Source: an uncultured Desulfarculus sp.
Lineage (GTDB): Bacteria > Desulfobacterota > Desulfarculia > Desulfarculales > Desulfarculaceae
DNA: 64,000 nt
Assembly: GCA_963665125.2 (NCBI GenBank)
Contig: CAXXUK010000002.1
Coordinates: 544,001-608,000, forward strand
Direction: 5' to 3'
A program made the position numbers and the translations under genes. Positions 49,044-59,358 of the stretch are shown here, piece by piece (the first letter of the stretch is position 1; every line of letters starts with the position of its first letter). The notes beneath the pieces were generated by a model. It did no database searches. It saw only the letters and a list, made by a program, of their open reading frames with translations, and had not been told where the DNA came from.

Positions 49044-49133
49044 AAACATTGCGGGTGGGGGATTAATAGGGTATGTATCAGGCGGTGCGGGATTTCGTGC
49101 CGCAGTTATCTAATGATGAAATAAAATGGTGCA

Positions 49134-50555
49134 ATGATGAGCCAAACCAACGACAACACGCCCAAGGTCCGCACCCGCTTCCCTCCGTCGCCCACCGGCG
49201 CGCTGCACATCGGCGGGGCGCGCACGGCCCTGTTCAACTGGCTATTCGCCCGGCACCACGGCGGGCAGATGGTCATGCGCCTGGAAGACACCGACCAGAA
49301 GCGCTCCAAGCAGGAATACGTGGAGTCGATTATTTCGGCCATGACCTGGCTGGGCCTGGATTTTGATGAAGGGCCTTTCTACCAGACCAAGCGCATGGAC
49401 CGCTATAAGGAAGTCGTGCAGCAGATGCTCGCAAACGGCACGGCCTACTGGTGCCACTGTTCACCCGAAGAGGTGCAGGCCAAGCGCGACGCGGCCATGG
49501 CCTCCGGCGGCAAGCCCATGTACGACGGCACATGCCGCGAAAAGGGCCTGGGCCCGGCGGACGGCGCGGTGGTGCGTTTTCGCGGCCCCTGCGAAGGCGT
49601 CACGGCCTTCAACGACCTGGTCAAGGGACCAATCAGCTTTGACAACAAGGAACTGGACGACCTGGTGATCCAGCGGAGCGACGGCACGCCGACATATCAC
49701 CTGGCCGTGATCGTCGACGATATCGACATGGCCATCACCCACGTTATCCGGGGCGACGACCATGTGTCCAACACGCCGCGCCAGATCCAGCTCATCCGGG
49801 CCCTGGGCATGGAACCGCCGCTGTACGCCCACATCCCGATGATCCTGGGGCCGGACAAGAAAAAGCTCAGCAAGCGCCACGGCGCGGCCGCGGTCATCGA
49901 GTACGAGGACATGGGCTACATGCCCGAGTCCATGCTCAACGCTTTGGCCCGCCTGGGCTGGTCCCACGGCGACCAGGAGGTGTTCAGCCGCGACGAGCTT
50001 ATCGAGCTTTTCGACCTGGATGCCGTGGGCCGCAGCGCCGCGGTGTTCGACATCGCCAAGCTCAACGCCCTGAACCATAAATATATCCAGAGCGCCGAGC
50101 CCAAGCGGCTCATGGAGCTATTGCCGCCGTTTTTGGCCAAGCGCGGCATCACCGACTACGACGCGGCCGTGCTGGAAAAGGCCCTGCCCGAGTTGGTGGC
50201 CCGCACCGAAAACCTGATCATGCTGGCCGAATGGGCCGAGCCCTATCTGGTGGCCGATCCGGAGATGGACCCCAAGGCCGTGAGCAAGGTGCTGCAAAAA
50301 GAGGGCGCGGCCCAGGCCCTGGACGCGGTGGCCGCTCTGGTGCGCGAGATCGGCGCCGAGGACACCGGGGCCATGGACGCGGCGTTCCACAAACTGGCCG
50401 AGGATATGGGCGTGAAAATGGGCCAGATCGCCCAGCCCGTACGCGTGGCCCTCACCGGCCGCACGGCCAGCCCGGGCATTTTCGAGGTCATGGCCATATT
50501 GGGATCGGAGGCCGTATTGAATCGCCTGGAGCGGGCAAAGGACTTTGCCGCCTGA
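49134..50555 (+). CDS. gltX: Glutamate--tRNA ligase
   Basis: RFPPSPTGALHIGG, RLEDTD, HVIRGDDH and KLSKR. Confidence 0.97.
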   Translation: MMSQTNDNTPKVRTRFPPSPTGALHIGGARTALFNWLFARHHGGQMVMRLEDTDQKRSKQEYVESIISAMTWLGLDFDEGPFYQTKRMDRYKEVVQQMLANGTAYWCHCSPEEVQAKRDAAMASGGKPMYDGTCREKGLGPADGAVVRFRGPCEGVTAFNDLVKGPISFDNKELDDLVIQRSDGTPTYHLAVIVDDIDMAITHVIRGDDHVSNTPRQIQLIRALGMEPPLYAHIPMILGPDKKKLSKRHGAAAVIEYEDMGYMPESMLNALARLGWSHGDQEVFSRDELIELFDLDAVGRSAAVFDIAKLNALNHKYIQSAEPKRLMELLPPFLAKRGITDYDAAVLEKALPELVARTENLIMLAEWAEPYLVADPEMDPKAVSKVLQKEGAAQALDAVAALVREIGAEDTGAMDAAFHKLAEDMGVKMGQIAQPVRVALTGRTASPGIFEVMAILGSEAVLNRLERAKDFAA

Positions 50556-50625
50556 AAATCCGGGCGCCAAGGGGGTAAAGCCTCTTGACGGATCGCCGAT
50601 CATCCTATAAAAAATGTGGCTGTGT

Positions 50626-50699
50626 TGGCGGATCGTCTAATGGCAGGACGACGGGTTCTGGCCCCGTTAATCTAGGTTCGAGTCCTAGTCCGCCAGCCA
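50626..50699 (+). tRNA. tRNA-Gln (anticodon CTG)
   Basis: Acceptor TGGCGGA/TCCGCCA, anticodon arm ACGGG-TTCTGGC-CCCGT, GTTCGAGTC T-loop and encoded CCA. Confidence 0.95.
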
Positions 50700-50720
50700 T
50701 ACATAAAGCCAGATTCGCGT

Positions 50721-50796
50721 GGTCCCATCGTCTAGCGGTCTAGGATACCGGCCTCTCACGCCGGGGACACGGGTTCGAGTCCCGTTGGGACTGCCA
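50721..50796 (+). tRNA. tRNA-Glu (anticodon CTC)
   Basis: Acceptor GGTCCCA/TGGGACT, anticodon arm CCGGC-CTCTCAC-GCCGG, GTTCGAGTC and encoded CCA. Confidence 0.95.
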
Positions 50797-50801
50797 AGTT
50801 T

Positions 50802-50839
50802 AGGGCCGACCTTTTATCCTGGGTCGGCCCTTTTTCTTT
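50802..50839 (+). terminator. Terminator after the tRNA pair
   Basis: AGGGCCGACC...GGTCGGCCCT followed by TTTTCTTT. Confidence 0.8.
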
Positions 50840-50859
50840 GACTACAGCCACTACCTCTG

Positions 50860-51130
50860 AAGGCGGCCGGAACACGTCCGCTTTTTCCAGCCCAGGCTCT
50901 CCACCAGGGCGGGCCTGACCTCCTCCCCCCGGGCTGTGTAGATAGCGTGAGGTGGTGGCCGCGTTTTTGTGCCGCAAAACCAGTTGGAGAACCGCAACGG
51001 GGTGCCCTTTCTGGTAAAGAATCGTCGCGGTCAGTTGGCGGATGCCATGGAAACCGAACTCTGACACTTCGGCCTTCTTGCATAGCTGCTTCAAGAAGGT
51101 CTTGCGCCATTTGAACGGCTTGCCGTAGTG
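50860..51130 (-). pseudogene. Tyrosine recombinase/integrase C-terminal remnant
   Basis: HYGKPFKWRKTFLKQLCKKAEVSEFGFHGIRQLTATIL...LRHKNAATTSRYLHS carries H-x-x-R, H and catalytic Y. The 5' part is lost at the IS3 end; there is an apparent frameshift in the C-run near 50924-50930. Confidence 0.85.
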
Positions 51131-51368
51131 TGATCCTGCCCAGTTTTGACGGACACCGGAATAATCGAGTAAATTGCTTAACGGAGGTGTTCGATGCCAT
51201 CACAGAAGAGCCAGAAGAAATCCACCGGGCGGCACTACTCGCCGAAATTTTAAGCCGAGGCACTTGGCCTGGCCGAGAAAGTCGGGGTGGCTGGCGCGGC
51301 CAAGCAGCTTGGGCTGCATGAGCCCCAACTTTATGCTTGGCGTAAGAAGGCCCGCTACGAAGCCAGCC
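51131..51368 (+). mobile_element. IS3-family remnant: left end plus inactivated orfA
   Basis: Begins TGATCCTGCCCAGTTTTGACGGACAC (IS3-type terminus). GGAGG-ATG 51194 gives MPSQKSQKKSTGRHYSPKF*AEALGLAEKVGVAGAAKQLGLHEPQLYAWRKK, an InsE-like HTH with an internal TAA. No orfB is present. Confidence 0.85.
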
Positions 51369-51442
51369 CAGTAGCCCATGGCACTGTTGCAAAAATCCGT
51401 GGAACGGCCTGTTTCGGTATAGGGCTCAATAAGGCGGGGCGG

Positions 51443-53812
51443 ATGGACAAGCCTGGTTTTCCCAACTCCGAGTTTCAAGACGACAGGTTGGTGTGGCGCC
51501 GGCCAGTTCACGGCGTGACAGGCCCTCCGTCCGGGGTTGGCTCTGCCTCCATCTCCTTAGGCCAGGTTCAAGGCCCGGCCCCATTGGTCTTGAATCTGAG
51601 GCTATCCGATGCTGCCTTGTCCGGAGCCGACGCTATCTGCATGGACTTGGCCAACCATTCGCCGGTGCCCTGCCTGACCGGTATCGCCATACATTGTGAC
51701 GGAGCGGAAGGGGGCTCGTTCTTCTCCGGCGCCCTGGAGCCATTGGCTGCGGGGGCCGAGCGGCAAGTGCTTTTCCCCCTGGAAGCGATGGGCAAGGAGG
51801 GCCAGCCCGGCGATTGGGCGTTGGCTTCGGCGCTGGAGGTTTCGTTTGCCCTGCCCAAGGGCAGTGACTTCATTGGAGAGTTGACCTTGGCGGTGGAGGG
51901 GGTGCATTGCTTGAAACGTCGTCTACCGCTTGGACCCCGCCTGCGGGAGTCCGGCTTGGCCCGGGTGCTTCGGCGGCCCTCCGCCATTGGCCCGGCCGAC
52001 CGGGGCGAACAAAACCGCCGCCATGTCACGATGGCTGCCTGTAACGGCCCCTGGATCGAACCACCCTTGCCCACGCCTTTGGAGCGGCCGGAACTCCTGC
52101 TCGACGGAATGATAATGGGCCGCCGGACAGGCTGCCCGCCCCAGTGGAACGGCTTGCCGGACCATCCACACCAATGGCTGCACCTGTTGCACCGTCAGCA
52201 CTTCCTGCGGCCCCTGGTCCGGGAGTTTGCGCGTACGCGGCGCCCGGCACTGGCCCGGACCGTGGCCTTGGTGATAACCGATTGGATAAAAAACAATCCG
52301 GTGCCCCTGGCTTCCGGCGGCGGGGCCGGTCCGGCTTGGGAGACCCTTTCAGCAGCTTGGCGGCTCAGGGAATGGCTCACAGTCATGGCTGTGATGAAGC
52401 CGATACCCAAGTTTGAAAGCATCATGCTGAGTTCGGTGTGGGAGCATGCCCGCCACCTGATGGACCATCGTGGCCACGCCACCAACTGGGCCATGGTGGA
52501 AGCTGCCGCTCTGGCTCTGGCAGGCTTGGAGCTTCCGGCTTTCAAGGAGGCCGAACTCTGGGCGCAAACCGGGCTGGAGCGGCTGGCCTACGAGGCGGGA
52601 CGTCAATTTTGGGACGATGGGGTGCATTTCGAACTTTCACCACTTTACCAGGCCATTTGTTTGGAGGCCCTGCTGGCTGTGCGGCGGGCAATACTGGCCA
52701 GGGGCGGGGCCTTTCCGCCGGAGTTGGAAAAGACTTTGGGGCTGGGCCTGGATTACCTGCGCGCCCTACGGCGTCCGGATGGGACCTGGCCCGCGCTGAA
52801 CGACTCCTGGGGCATTGACGGCGATTACGACGCCCTGCTGGCCCTGGCCGACCGCGAGTTTCAGGCACAGGGACTTCCGCCCGGCAACGGCATTATTTTC
52901 CCGCGCGGCGGGGTCTGCGTCCTGGGTTCTTGCCCTGATACCGCCCACGGCAACCGCCTGGTGTTGCGGGCCGGTCCGGCCGGAGCCGCCCATGCGCACG
53001 ACGACACCCTGTCCTTGGATGTTTGCCTGGCGGGCAGGGCGTTTGTGGTTGACCCGGGGGTCTCCTCCTATGATCCGGACCGGCGCAGCGAGTTCTATCG
53101 TTCGGCTCAGGCCCACAGCATGCCCTGGGTGGATGGCTGGGAGCGTAGCGCCGACCGGCGGCCCTGGCCGGAGCGGATCGTCTGGGCCCATGGCGATCTG
53201 GTTCGCGCCGGGCTGGGAGGGCTGGAGACCGCCACCGCCGTGGCCTGGGGTCCCTGGTCAGACCCGGCCGCGTCCTGCCTGATCTTCCGTAGCGTGGTCA
53301 GTGTCATGGCGGAGTACTTCGTGGTCCGAGATCACTTCAGCGGTCGAGGCGCGCGCCGCATCCGGGTCAACTGGCAGATGGCCCCCGGGCCTGTGCGTCT
53401 GGAGCCCGGCGGGCGCGGCGCCAGCCGGGGCAACCACGAGGGAAATGCGGGCCGTATTGACCTCATGACGCCCGAACACGGCCTGGGCCTGGCCGAGGGC
53501 TGGGTGGCGGTGGCCGGTAAGGACGTGCCCGCAGCCAGATTGGTCCTGGACCTGCAGGCCGAGTTGCCCCTTACCCTGGTCTGGCTGCTGCGGCCGGTAT
53601 CCGTCCAGGTTGGTGGCCTCGACCTGCACGAGGGCCGCGAACCCGGTGCCGTGCGCCTGGCCGTTCCCCTGGCCGACGGCGCCGTGGACGAGCTGGACCT
53701 GGGCGCGCCCCGTCTTGGCCGTCTGGCCCCCGGCTGCCTGCGCCAGGGAGCGGTGAGCCTCGTGCGGCATCGGCCAGGCGGCGCGGTTTTGCACCGCAAG
53801 CTCGACGGCTGA
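51443..53812 (+). CDS. Heparinase II/III-family protein (alginate lyase-like alpha/alpha + beta-sandwich)
   Basis: LHRQHFL, W..LSAAWRLREW, NWAMVE, DGVHFELSPLYQ, HAHDDTLS, VDPG and AHS. Start placed at ATG 51443. Confidence 0.8.
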   Translation: MDKPGFPNSEFQDDRLVWRRPVHGVTGPPSGVGSASISLGQVQGPAPLVLNLRLSDAALSGADAICMDLANHSPVPCLTGIAIHCDGAEGGSFFSGALEPLAAGAERQVLFPLEAMGKEGQPGDWALASALEVSFALPKGSDFIGELTLAVEGVHCLKRRLPLGPRLRESGLARVLRRPSAIGPADRGEQNRRHVTMAACNGPWIEPPLPTPLERPELLLDGMIMGRRTGCPPQWNGLPDHPHQWLHLLHRQHFLRPLVREFARTRRPALARTVALVITDWIKNNPVPLASGGGAGPAWETLSAAWRLREWLTVMAVMKPIPKFESIMLSSVWEHARHLMDHRGHATNWAMVEAAALALAGLELPAFKEAELWAQTGLERLAYEAGRQFWDDGVHFELSPLYQAICLEALLAVRRAILARGGAFPPELEKTLGLGLDYLRALRRPDGTWPALNDSWGIDGDYDALLALADREFQAQGLPPGNGIIFPRGGVCVLGSCPDTAHGNRLVLRAGPAGAAHAHDDTLSLDVCLAGRAFVVDPGVSSYDPDRRSEFYRSAQAHSMPWVDGWERSADRRPWPERIVWAHGDLVRAGLGGLETATAVAWGPWSDPAASCLIFRSVVSVMAEYFVVRDHFSGRGARRIRVNWQMAPGPVRLEPGGRGASRGNHEGNAGRIDLMTPEHGLGLAEGWVAVAGKDVPAARLVLDLQAELPLTLVWLLRPVSVQVGGLDLHEGREPGAVRLAVPLADGAVDELDLGAPRLGRLAPGCLRQGAVSLVRHRPGGAVLHRKLDG

Positions 53813-53839
53813 GGCGCATTCCGGCCCACCGGTCCAACC

Positions 53840-54817
53840 TTACGCCGGTCCCGCAGCCCCGGCCCCGCCGCCGCAGTAGTGGGCCATGAATTGATCCATG
53901 ATGTACTCCACCGTGGCGCGGCTGACGTGAAAGTTCTCTCGGCCATCGGCGAAGATGGGTCGGCCATGGACGGAGGCAAGGTAGATGGTGGCCATCTCGT
54001 AGGCCGGGAAGTAGTGCGCATTGTGGTGGCGGGCGCAGAACTCATCAGCCACCGCCCGCAGGGTGGACTTGGAGTTGCAACTGGCGCTGATGACGTCCGT
54101 ATCCCGGCGGAAGGTGGCCCAGAGGTGTACCGGCGAGACGGTGACCACCAAGTGACAAGCCGGGTTGTGGGCGGCCATCAACTCGTGAATGCGTTCCAGG
54201 TTGTCCAGGTTCTCCTGGTAGCGGCTTACCCGGAAGCGATAGCCGCTCATGTCGCCGCCCAGGTTGACGTAGGGCCCGCCGGGCAGGCAGATCACTTGGC
54301 CAAGGCGGTCCTGCCATATCTCGGTGAGGCCCAGGGTAAGGATCAGAACCCGGGCCCGGGTCAGGGCGCCCCGCGAACAGAGCCGGTGGCGGGCGAAATC
54401 TTGTTCCGCCCGCTCGAGGCTGTCGTAGAGTATGATACGGCGGTACGGATCCTGCACCTGCCCGCTTTGAGGCACGGGCCACCAGCGCGGGGACGGCGAC
54501 CAGTCGTCAAAGGTGTACTCGAAGATCTGGCGCATGCCGAAGGTGTTGTACACCCGCTCCCAGGCGGCGCTGGCATGCTTGGCGGCGGGGTGGTCGGCCT
54601 CCTCCTGGATGTAGTTGTAGCCCCGCTCCATCAGGATGGTCTTTATCTCCCGGGCGAAGCACGAACCCATGGAGGCCAGGGGGGTGGACCGGTCCAGCGT
54701 CAGATCAGGGGGCAGAGGCCGGGGGTAGCGCGGTCCGGCCGCCGGGTTGTCGTAGGAGCCGGGCCAGACCTGCCAGCTCTCAAAGCAATGCGCGGGATGA
54801 ACGTCTGAAAGGGCCAT
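53840..54817 (-). CDS. GSCFA domain protein (SGNH-like)
   Basis: MGSCFAREI, ILTLGLTEIW, VTVSPV, SKSTLR, YFPAYE and FHV. Confidence 0.88.
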   Translation of the reverse strand: MALSDVHPAHCFESWQVWPGSYDNPAAGPRYPRPLPPDLTLDRSTPLASMGSCFAREIKTILMERGYNYIQEEADHPAAKHASAAWERVYNTFGMRQIFEYTFDDWSPSPRWWPVPQSGQVQDPYRRIILYDSLERAEQDFARHRLCSRGALTRARVLILTLGLTEIWQDRLGQVICLPGGPYVNLGGDMSGYRFRVSRYQENLDNLERIHELMAAHNPACHLVVTVSPVHLWATFRRDTDVISASCNSKSTLRAVADEFCARHHNAHYFPAYEMATIYLASVHGRPIFADGRENFHVSRATVEYIMDQFMAHYCGGGAGAAGPA

Positions 54818-54933
54818 GATGATTCTCTCTTTTTCGATTGACCAGCGGGTAGTCCTCTGCCCTGACGGCACATCGACCAAAGTCGACGGCCGGAGAGTGT
54901 ACCCGCTACATAATGCCATGGAATGATTAGGCC

Positions 54934-56121
54934 ATGCCAGTAGCTCCACGCCATAGAGTCTGCCTGACGACACCGGAGTTTCCGCCCGAAAACCGGGGCG
55001 GCCTGGCCCGCACCGTGGCCCGGGTCGCCCGCGCGGCGGCTTCGGCCGGTCTGGAGACCCACATCGCCCATCTGGTGGTAAAGGACGGCCCGCCGCCGCT
55101 GCTGGACCGCAACCGTTCCACCCGTGAGGATGACGGCATCTTGGTGCACCGAATCGAGGTGGGCGCAGAGCCCGCCGACCCCGCCCGGCGCCAACGCTGG
55201 GACTGCGGCCACACCCTCACCCTGCGAATGATGTATGAGTCGCTGGCTCGGCTGCACCAAGAAATGGGTTTCAGCCTGCTCAGTTCCTTTTTTCTCTTCC
55301 CGGTGGGCTACGTGACCGGCCTGCTGGCAGGGCGCTGCGGGGCCGCCTGCGTGGCCGCCATGGTCGGGGATGATTTCAACCGCTTTGTCTTCAGCCCGGC
55401 CAAGCTGGGGGCTCTGACCGCCGCTCTGGGCGGCGCGGACCGGGTAGTGGCGCTCAGCCGCGAGATGGCCGCCGCGGCCGATGCTCTGATCCCGATGGGC
55501 GACAAGGTGCGGGTGATCCACAACTCGGTGGCGCCGGTGTCCGAGGCCTGGGCCCCCCAAACCACGGGCGGCGGCGCCTTCAGGGTGGGCTGCGCGGGCT
55601 TCTTCAAGTACAGTAAGGGCCTGCCCTACCTGCTGGCGGCCGTGGCCGGTCTGGCCGGCCAAAGGCCGGTGGAGCTGGAACTGCTGGGGGGATTCAAGCG
55701 TGGCCAGCGCGAGCAGCTCGACCACTGGGTGCGCGAGACGGGGATCGGCCGGGCCCTGCGCCTGATCAAGCCCGGTGATCACGCCGGGGTCATGGCGTGG
55801 CTGCGCGGGCTGGATGCCTTTGCCCTGCCATCTCTCTCCGAGGGCTGCCCCAACATCCTCATGGAGGCCATGGCCTGCGGCCTGCCCTGCGTGGCCACCA
55901 GGGTGGGGGCCTGTCCGGAACTGGTCGAGGATGGGGTGTCGGGGCTGCTGGTGCCCATGGCCGACAGCCAAGCCCTGGCCCGGGCTTTGGCCCGGCTGAT
56001 GGACGCTCCCAGGGCCGCCGCCGACATGGGCGCCAACGCGCGGGAGGCCATGCAACGCTTCTCGCCCGAGCGCGAGCGCGAGGCCTGGCTTTCTCTATAC
56101 CGGGAACTCCTGGATTTCTGA
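54934..56121 (+). CDS. Glycosyltransferase family 4
   Basis: EFPP..GG, KGLPYLL and LPSLSEGCPNILMEAMACGLP (E-x7-E). Confidence 0.92.
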   Translation: MPVAPRHRVCLTTPEFPPENRGGLARTVARVARAAASAGLETHIAHLVVKDGPPPLLDRNRSTREDDGILVHRIEVGAEPADPARRQRWDCGHTLTLRMMYESLARLHQEMGFSLLSSFFLFPVGYVTGLLAGRCGAACVAAMVGDDFNRFVFSPAKLGALTAALGGADRVVALSREMAAAADALIPMGDKVRVIHNSVAPVSEAWAPQTTGGGAFRVGCAGFFKYSKGLPYLLAAVAGLAGQRPVELELLGGFKRGQREQLDHWVRETGIGRALRLIKPGDHAGVMAWLRGLDAFALPSLSEGCPNILMEAMACGLPCVATRVGACPELVEDGVSGLLVPMADSQALARALARLMDAPRAAADMGANAREAMQRFSPEREREAWLSLYRELLDF

Positions 56122-56122
56122 G

Positions 56123-56932
56123 ATGGCGGACGCGCGCTTACGCTATCCCTCCGACCACTGGTTGCGCGGCGACGAAGCCGAGGCGGCCCTGGCGCGTTAT
56201 CTGGATCAGCAGTCCAAGGCCTACAGCCGTGTGAAGAACCGTTTCATCCGCGAACTGCTGGGCAACCTGAACGGCAGGCGGGTGCTGGACTTCGGCTGCG
56301 GCGGAGGGCTGTGGTCGGTCGAGGCGAGCATTGGGGGGGCGGCGGAGGTGTTGGCCCTGGACGCTGAACAGGGCGCCCTGGCTGCGGCCGAGCTGCTGGC
56401 CAAGCAACGGGGGGCGTACCCCCGGCCGCGTTTTCTACGCCGCGATAATCTGCCCGAGCCGGAGGAGTTCGGCCGCTTCGACGTGGTGTTGGCCAAGGAC
56501 ATCCTGGAGCACCTGGCTGATGATCGGGGTTTCCTGGCCCGCGTCCGGCGGCTGCTGGCCCCGGGCGGCCGCCTGGTCCTCTCCACCCAGAACGCCTGGT
56601 CCCTCAATTTTCTCCTGGAGGGCGGCTACCATCGCCTGCTCCGGCGTGACCTGGCCTGGCAGGGCTGGGATCCTACCCATCTTCGCTTTTACAGTCCACG
56701 CTCCCTGCGCCGGCTGCTGGGATCGGCTGGCCTGCGCTGCGAGGCCTGGCGCGGGGCATACCTGCTGCCCTACAAGTTACCGGCGCCGTCCTGGTCCGGC
56801 CGCAGGTTCTGGCGGGTGGACCCGCTGAGCCGCGTCGACCACCTCCTGGGGCGGGCTGCACCATTCAACCAGCTCGGCTGGTCCATCATGCTGCGGGCCG
56901 TGAACGCTGACTATGAACCGGACTGCGTCTGA
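56123..56932 (+). CDS. Class I SAM-dependent methyltransferase
   Basis: VLDFGCGGG, FDVVLAKDILEHL and LAPGGRLVLST. Confidence 0.9.
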   Translation: MADARLRYPSDHWLRGDEAEAALARYLDQQSKAYSRVKNRFIRELLGNLNGRRVLDFGCGGGLWSVEASIGGAAEVLALDAEQGALAAAELLAKQRGAYPRPRFLRRDNLPEPEEFGRFDVVLAKDILEHLADDRGFLARVRRLLAPGGRLVLSTQNAWSLNFLLEGGYHRLLRRDLAWQGWDPTHLRFYSPRSLRRLLGSAGLRCEAWRGAYLLPYKLPAPSWSGRRFWRVDPLSRVDHLLGRAAPFNQLGWSIMLRAVNADYEPDCV

Positions 56933-58311
56933 TCCCGCTGCGTCTGCACCAACTGCTCCAACTCGTCGACCAACTCGCGGAATAGCGCCGGGGCGACGCC
57001 CGGCGAGAAATAGTTCCCCGGGCTCTGGTGGTGGTGCAGGCTGAAGTCGTAACCCGGCGGCAGCAGGCCCCGCTCCAGACAGATCCGGTGATCCGCAGTG
57101 CCCGGGTGGGGGGTGAAGAGGCTGAAAATTACCTTGTCGCACTCCAGCTCCTGCACCAGGGCTTTTGTCTCGCGCAGGGTCTCCTCGGTTTCCTGGGGGA
57201 AACCCGCCATGATGAAGACCTCCAGGCGCATCCCGCGCCGCTTGACCATGCGGCAGGCCTCCCTGGCGTCGGCGACTCCAAAACCCTTACGCACCGACCG
57301 CAGGATGCGCTCGCTGCCCGACTCGATGCCGAGCTGAATGGTTTGGCAACCGGCCCGCTGCATGCTTTCCAGGTTGGGTTCGGTGATCAGGCGGACGTGG
57401 GTTTCGCAACTCCAGCCAAGGCCGGGGCAACTATCGGCGATGGCTCGGCAGAGCCCGCGCAGATAGCCCGGCTCGATACCGAATGTGTCGTCGTCGAAGT
57501 GCACCCTTTCGGTAACGGCCGCCTGCATGGCCAACAACTCCGACACCACGTGGCCGGGTGAGCGATAGCGCGGCCGACGGCCCCATATGTTGTGCGAACC
57601 GCAGTAAGTGCACCGCTGCGGGCAGCCGCGGGTGGCCATAAGATGGCCTAGGGCCTTGGCCGGGTAGCGCTCATGGTCCAGCAGCACCGTCCGGGCCCAG
57701 TCCCCGGGACGGGGCAGCTCGTCCAGGTCGGCCGCCAGCTGTCGTGGTGTGATCGGGCGGCCCTTGGCCGCCACCCCCGGCACCCCGCTGACATCCTCGC
57801 CTTTTTGCAGGCGGCGCAGCAACTCCACCAGGGTGTGTTCCCCTTCGCCCACCACGCAGAGATCGAAATCGTCTCCAGCCAGAACCTGCTGCGGTGCCGC
57901 GGTGGGATGTGGCCCGCCCGCCAACACCAGGCAATCGGGGTTCAGGCGCTTGGCGATGCGCGCCAGCATCCGGCCCGCAGCTAGGGTGGCCGACTTGAGC
58001 GAAATCCCCACCACCGCCGGGGCCTGTTCGCGCAGCACTCCCTCCACCTCACGCCAGATGGAGGCCCCCGGATCGGCTAGGCAGGCAAGATAGCGCCGGT
58101 GACCGGCGCCGGAGAGGTGCCGCACCGAAAAGGGAAGCCCCACTCCCGCGAAATCGGAGTTGTAACACCGCACCTGCCAATCGGTATGCGCGGCGACCGA
58201 CGCCGCCAGGTAGGCAAGGGACAGGGGGTAGCGGCAGAGGGAATAGTGCTCGTCGAAAAGGCGGTAGAACGGCGGCTCGATCAGGAGCACTCGGCGGGAG
58301 GTCATGGTCAC
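56911..58311 (-). CDS. Cobalamin-binding radical SAM protein
   Basis: B12-binding N-terminal domain (PLSLAYLAA, GGPHPT, GEGE), TRGCPQRCTYC, FDDDTF, GIESGS and GFPQET. Confidence 0.92.
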   Translation of the reverse strand: MTMTSRRVLLIEPPFYRLFDEHYSLCRYPLSLAYLAASVAAHTDWQVRCYNSDFAGVGLPFSVRHLSGAGHRRYLACLADPGASIWREVEGVLREQAPAVVGISLKSATLAAGRMLARIAKRLNPDCLVLAGGPHPTAAPQQVLAGDDFDLCVVGEGEHTLVELLRRLQKGEDVSGVPGVAAKGRPITPRQLAADLDELPRPGDWARTVLLDHERYPAKALGHLMATRGCPQRCTYCGSHNIWGRRPRYRSPGHVVSELLAMQAAVTERVHFDDDTFGIEPGYLRGLCRAIADSCPGLGWSCETHVRLITEPNLESMQRAGCQTIQLGIESGSERILRSVRKGFGVADAREACRMVKRRGMRLEVFIMAGFPQETEETLRETKALVQELECDKVIFSLFTPHPGTADHRICLERGLLPPGYDFSLHHHQSPGNYFSPGVAPALFRELVDELEQLVQTQRDQTQSGS

Positions 58312-58320
58312 GATTGGCTC

Positions 58321-59358
58321 CTAGGGCACCAGGCTGTTGAACAGTTGCAGGTATGTCTCGGCCCGACGCTTCCATGAATGCTCGCGGGCCATGCGCGCCA
58401 TGGCCTGCCCGCGATCAGCAACGCCCTCGGCCAGCAGGGCGTGGGACCTGGCAAGCATGCCGTCCACATCGCCATGGGCGAAGCTGTGGCCCATGCCCAT
58501 CTCGGCCACCATACCCCGCTGCAGGACCGGCTCCTCGCACAGCACCGGCAGCCCGGCCCGCAGGTAGTAGACGACCTTGGAGCTGTCGTTGTCGAATTCG
58601 TCCGGCCCGGCAGCCAGGGAAATTCCGAAAGCGGCCCAAGCCATGAAATCCCACAGGGCGGGTCCGGTCCGGGTGCCGTGATCGATCACCCGGCTGGAAA
58701 GCGGCACCGGCTCACCGTAGAGGCGGCTCTTGTTCAGACCGACCAGGTGCACCTCCGCCAGGCCGCTCAGTGCCTCTGCAGCCCGGTTGAGCATATCCAC
58801 CATGCGCCCGCCGGCCAGACTGCCCAGGAAAAGGACGGCGGGCAGGTCGCGGCCGTACGGGTCGGGGCCGCGAGGGGGGATGTCCTCCGGACAGCCGGTG
58901 GGGGTGAGCACCGAGGGCCTACCCGGGCCATGGTTGCGCTGCCAGCGTTCCTGGTTCTGGGGGTTGTTGAAGGCCAGGGCCGTGGCTCGCCGGTGAATCT
59001 TGCGCTGCCATTCCAAGAGCCGCTCCCGGCGGGGTTCGTCACGGGCGGGCACTTGCCGGTCCACCACCCGCACCAGCCGACACACCAGCGGGCCGTCGAA
59101 GCCCTCGACCAGATCAATGCCGGGATGATAACAGGTCTTCAGGATTTGGTAGCGGCCCTCCCGAATTGCGCTCAGGGGCCGCAGGGACAGGGGTTGCCCG
59201 TACGGTCCGGGCAGCCTGGCTGGTGCGGCGATGGGGGCCAGGATATCTACCTCGGCGCCCCCATCAGCCAACCCGGCGGCCAGGTAGGTCAGCCGCTCCA
59301 CGTCTATGCCTGGCGGCCTTAGCCGTGGATCGTGATGGAAGACGAGCCCCACCCTCAC
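58321..59358 (-). CDS. Glycosyltransferase-like protein (GT-B fold)
   Basis: VLFLGSL, SSKVVYYLRAGLPV and HSWKRRAETYLQLF, a typical GT4-like C-terminus; GTGA overlap with the upstream gene. Confidence 0.75.
   Translation of the reverse strand: MRVGLVFHHDPRLRPPGIDVERLTYLAAGLADGGAEVDILAPIAAPARLPGPYGQPLSLRPLSAIREGRYQILKTCYHPGIDLVEGFDGPLVCRLVRVVDRQVPARDEPRRERLLEWQRKIHRRATALAFNNPQNQERWQRNHGPGRPSVLTPTGCPEDIPPRGPDPYGRDLPAVLFLGSLAGGRMVDMLNRAAEALSGLAEVHLVGLNKSRLYGEPVPLSSRVIDHGTRTGPALWDFMAWAAFGISLAAGPDEFDNDSSKVVYYLRAGLPVLCEEPVLQRGMVAEMGMGHSFAHGDVDGMLARSHALLAEGVADRGQAMARMAREHSWKRRAETYLQLFNSLVP

Noticed and set aside
51287..51442. N-terminal extension of the heparinase-like ORF
   Set aside because: It is largely the in-frame remnant of IS3 orfA; ATG 51443 is the more plausible start.
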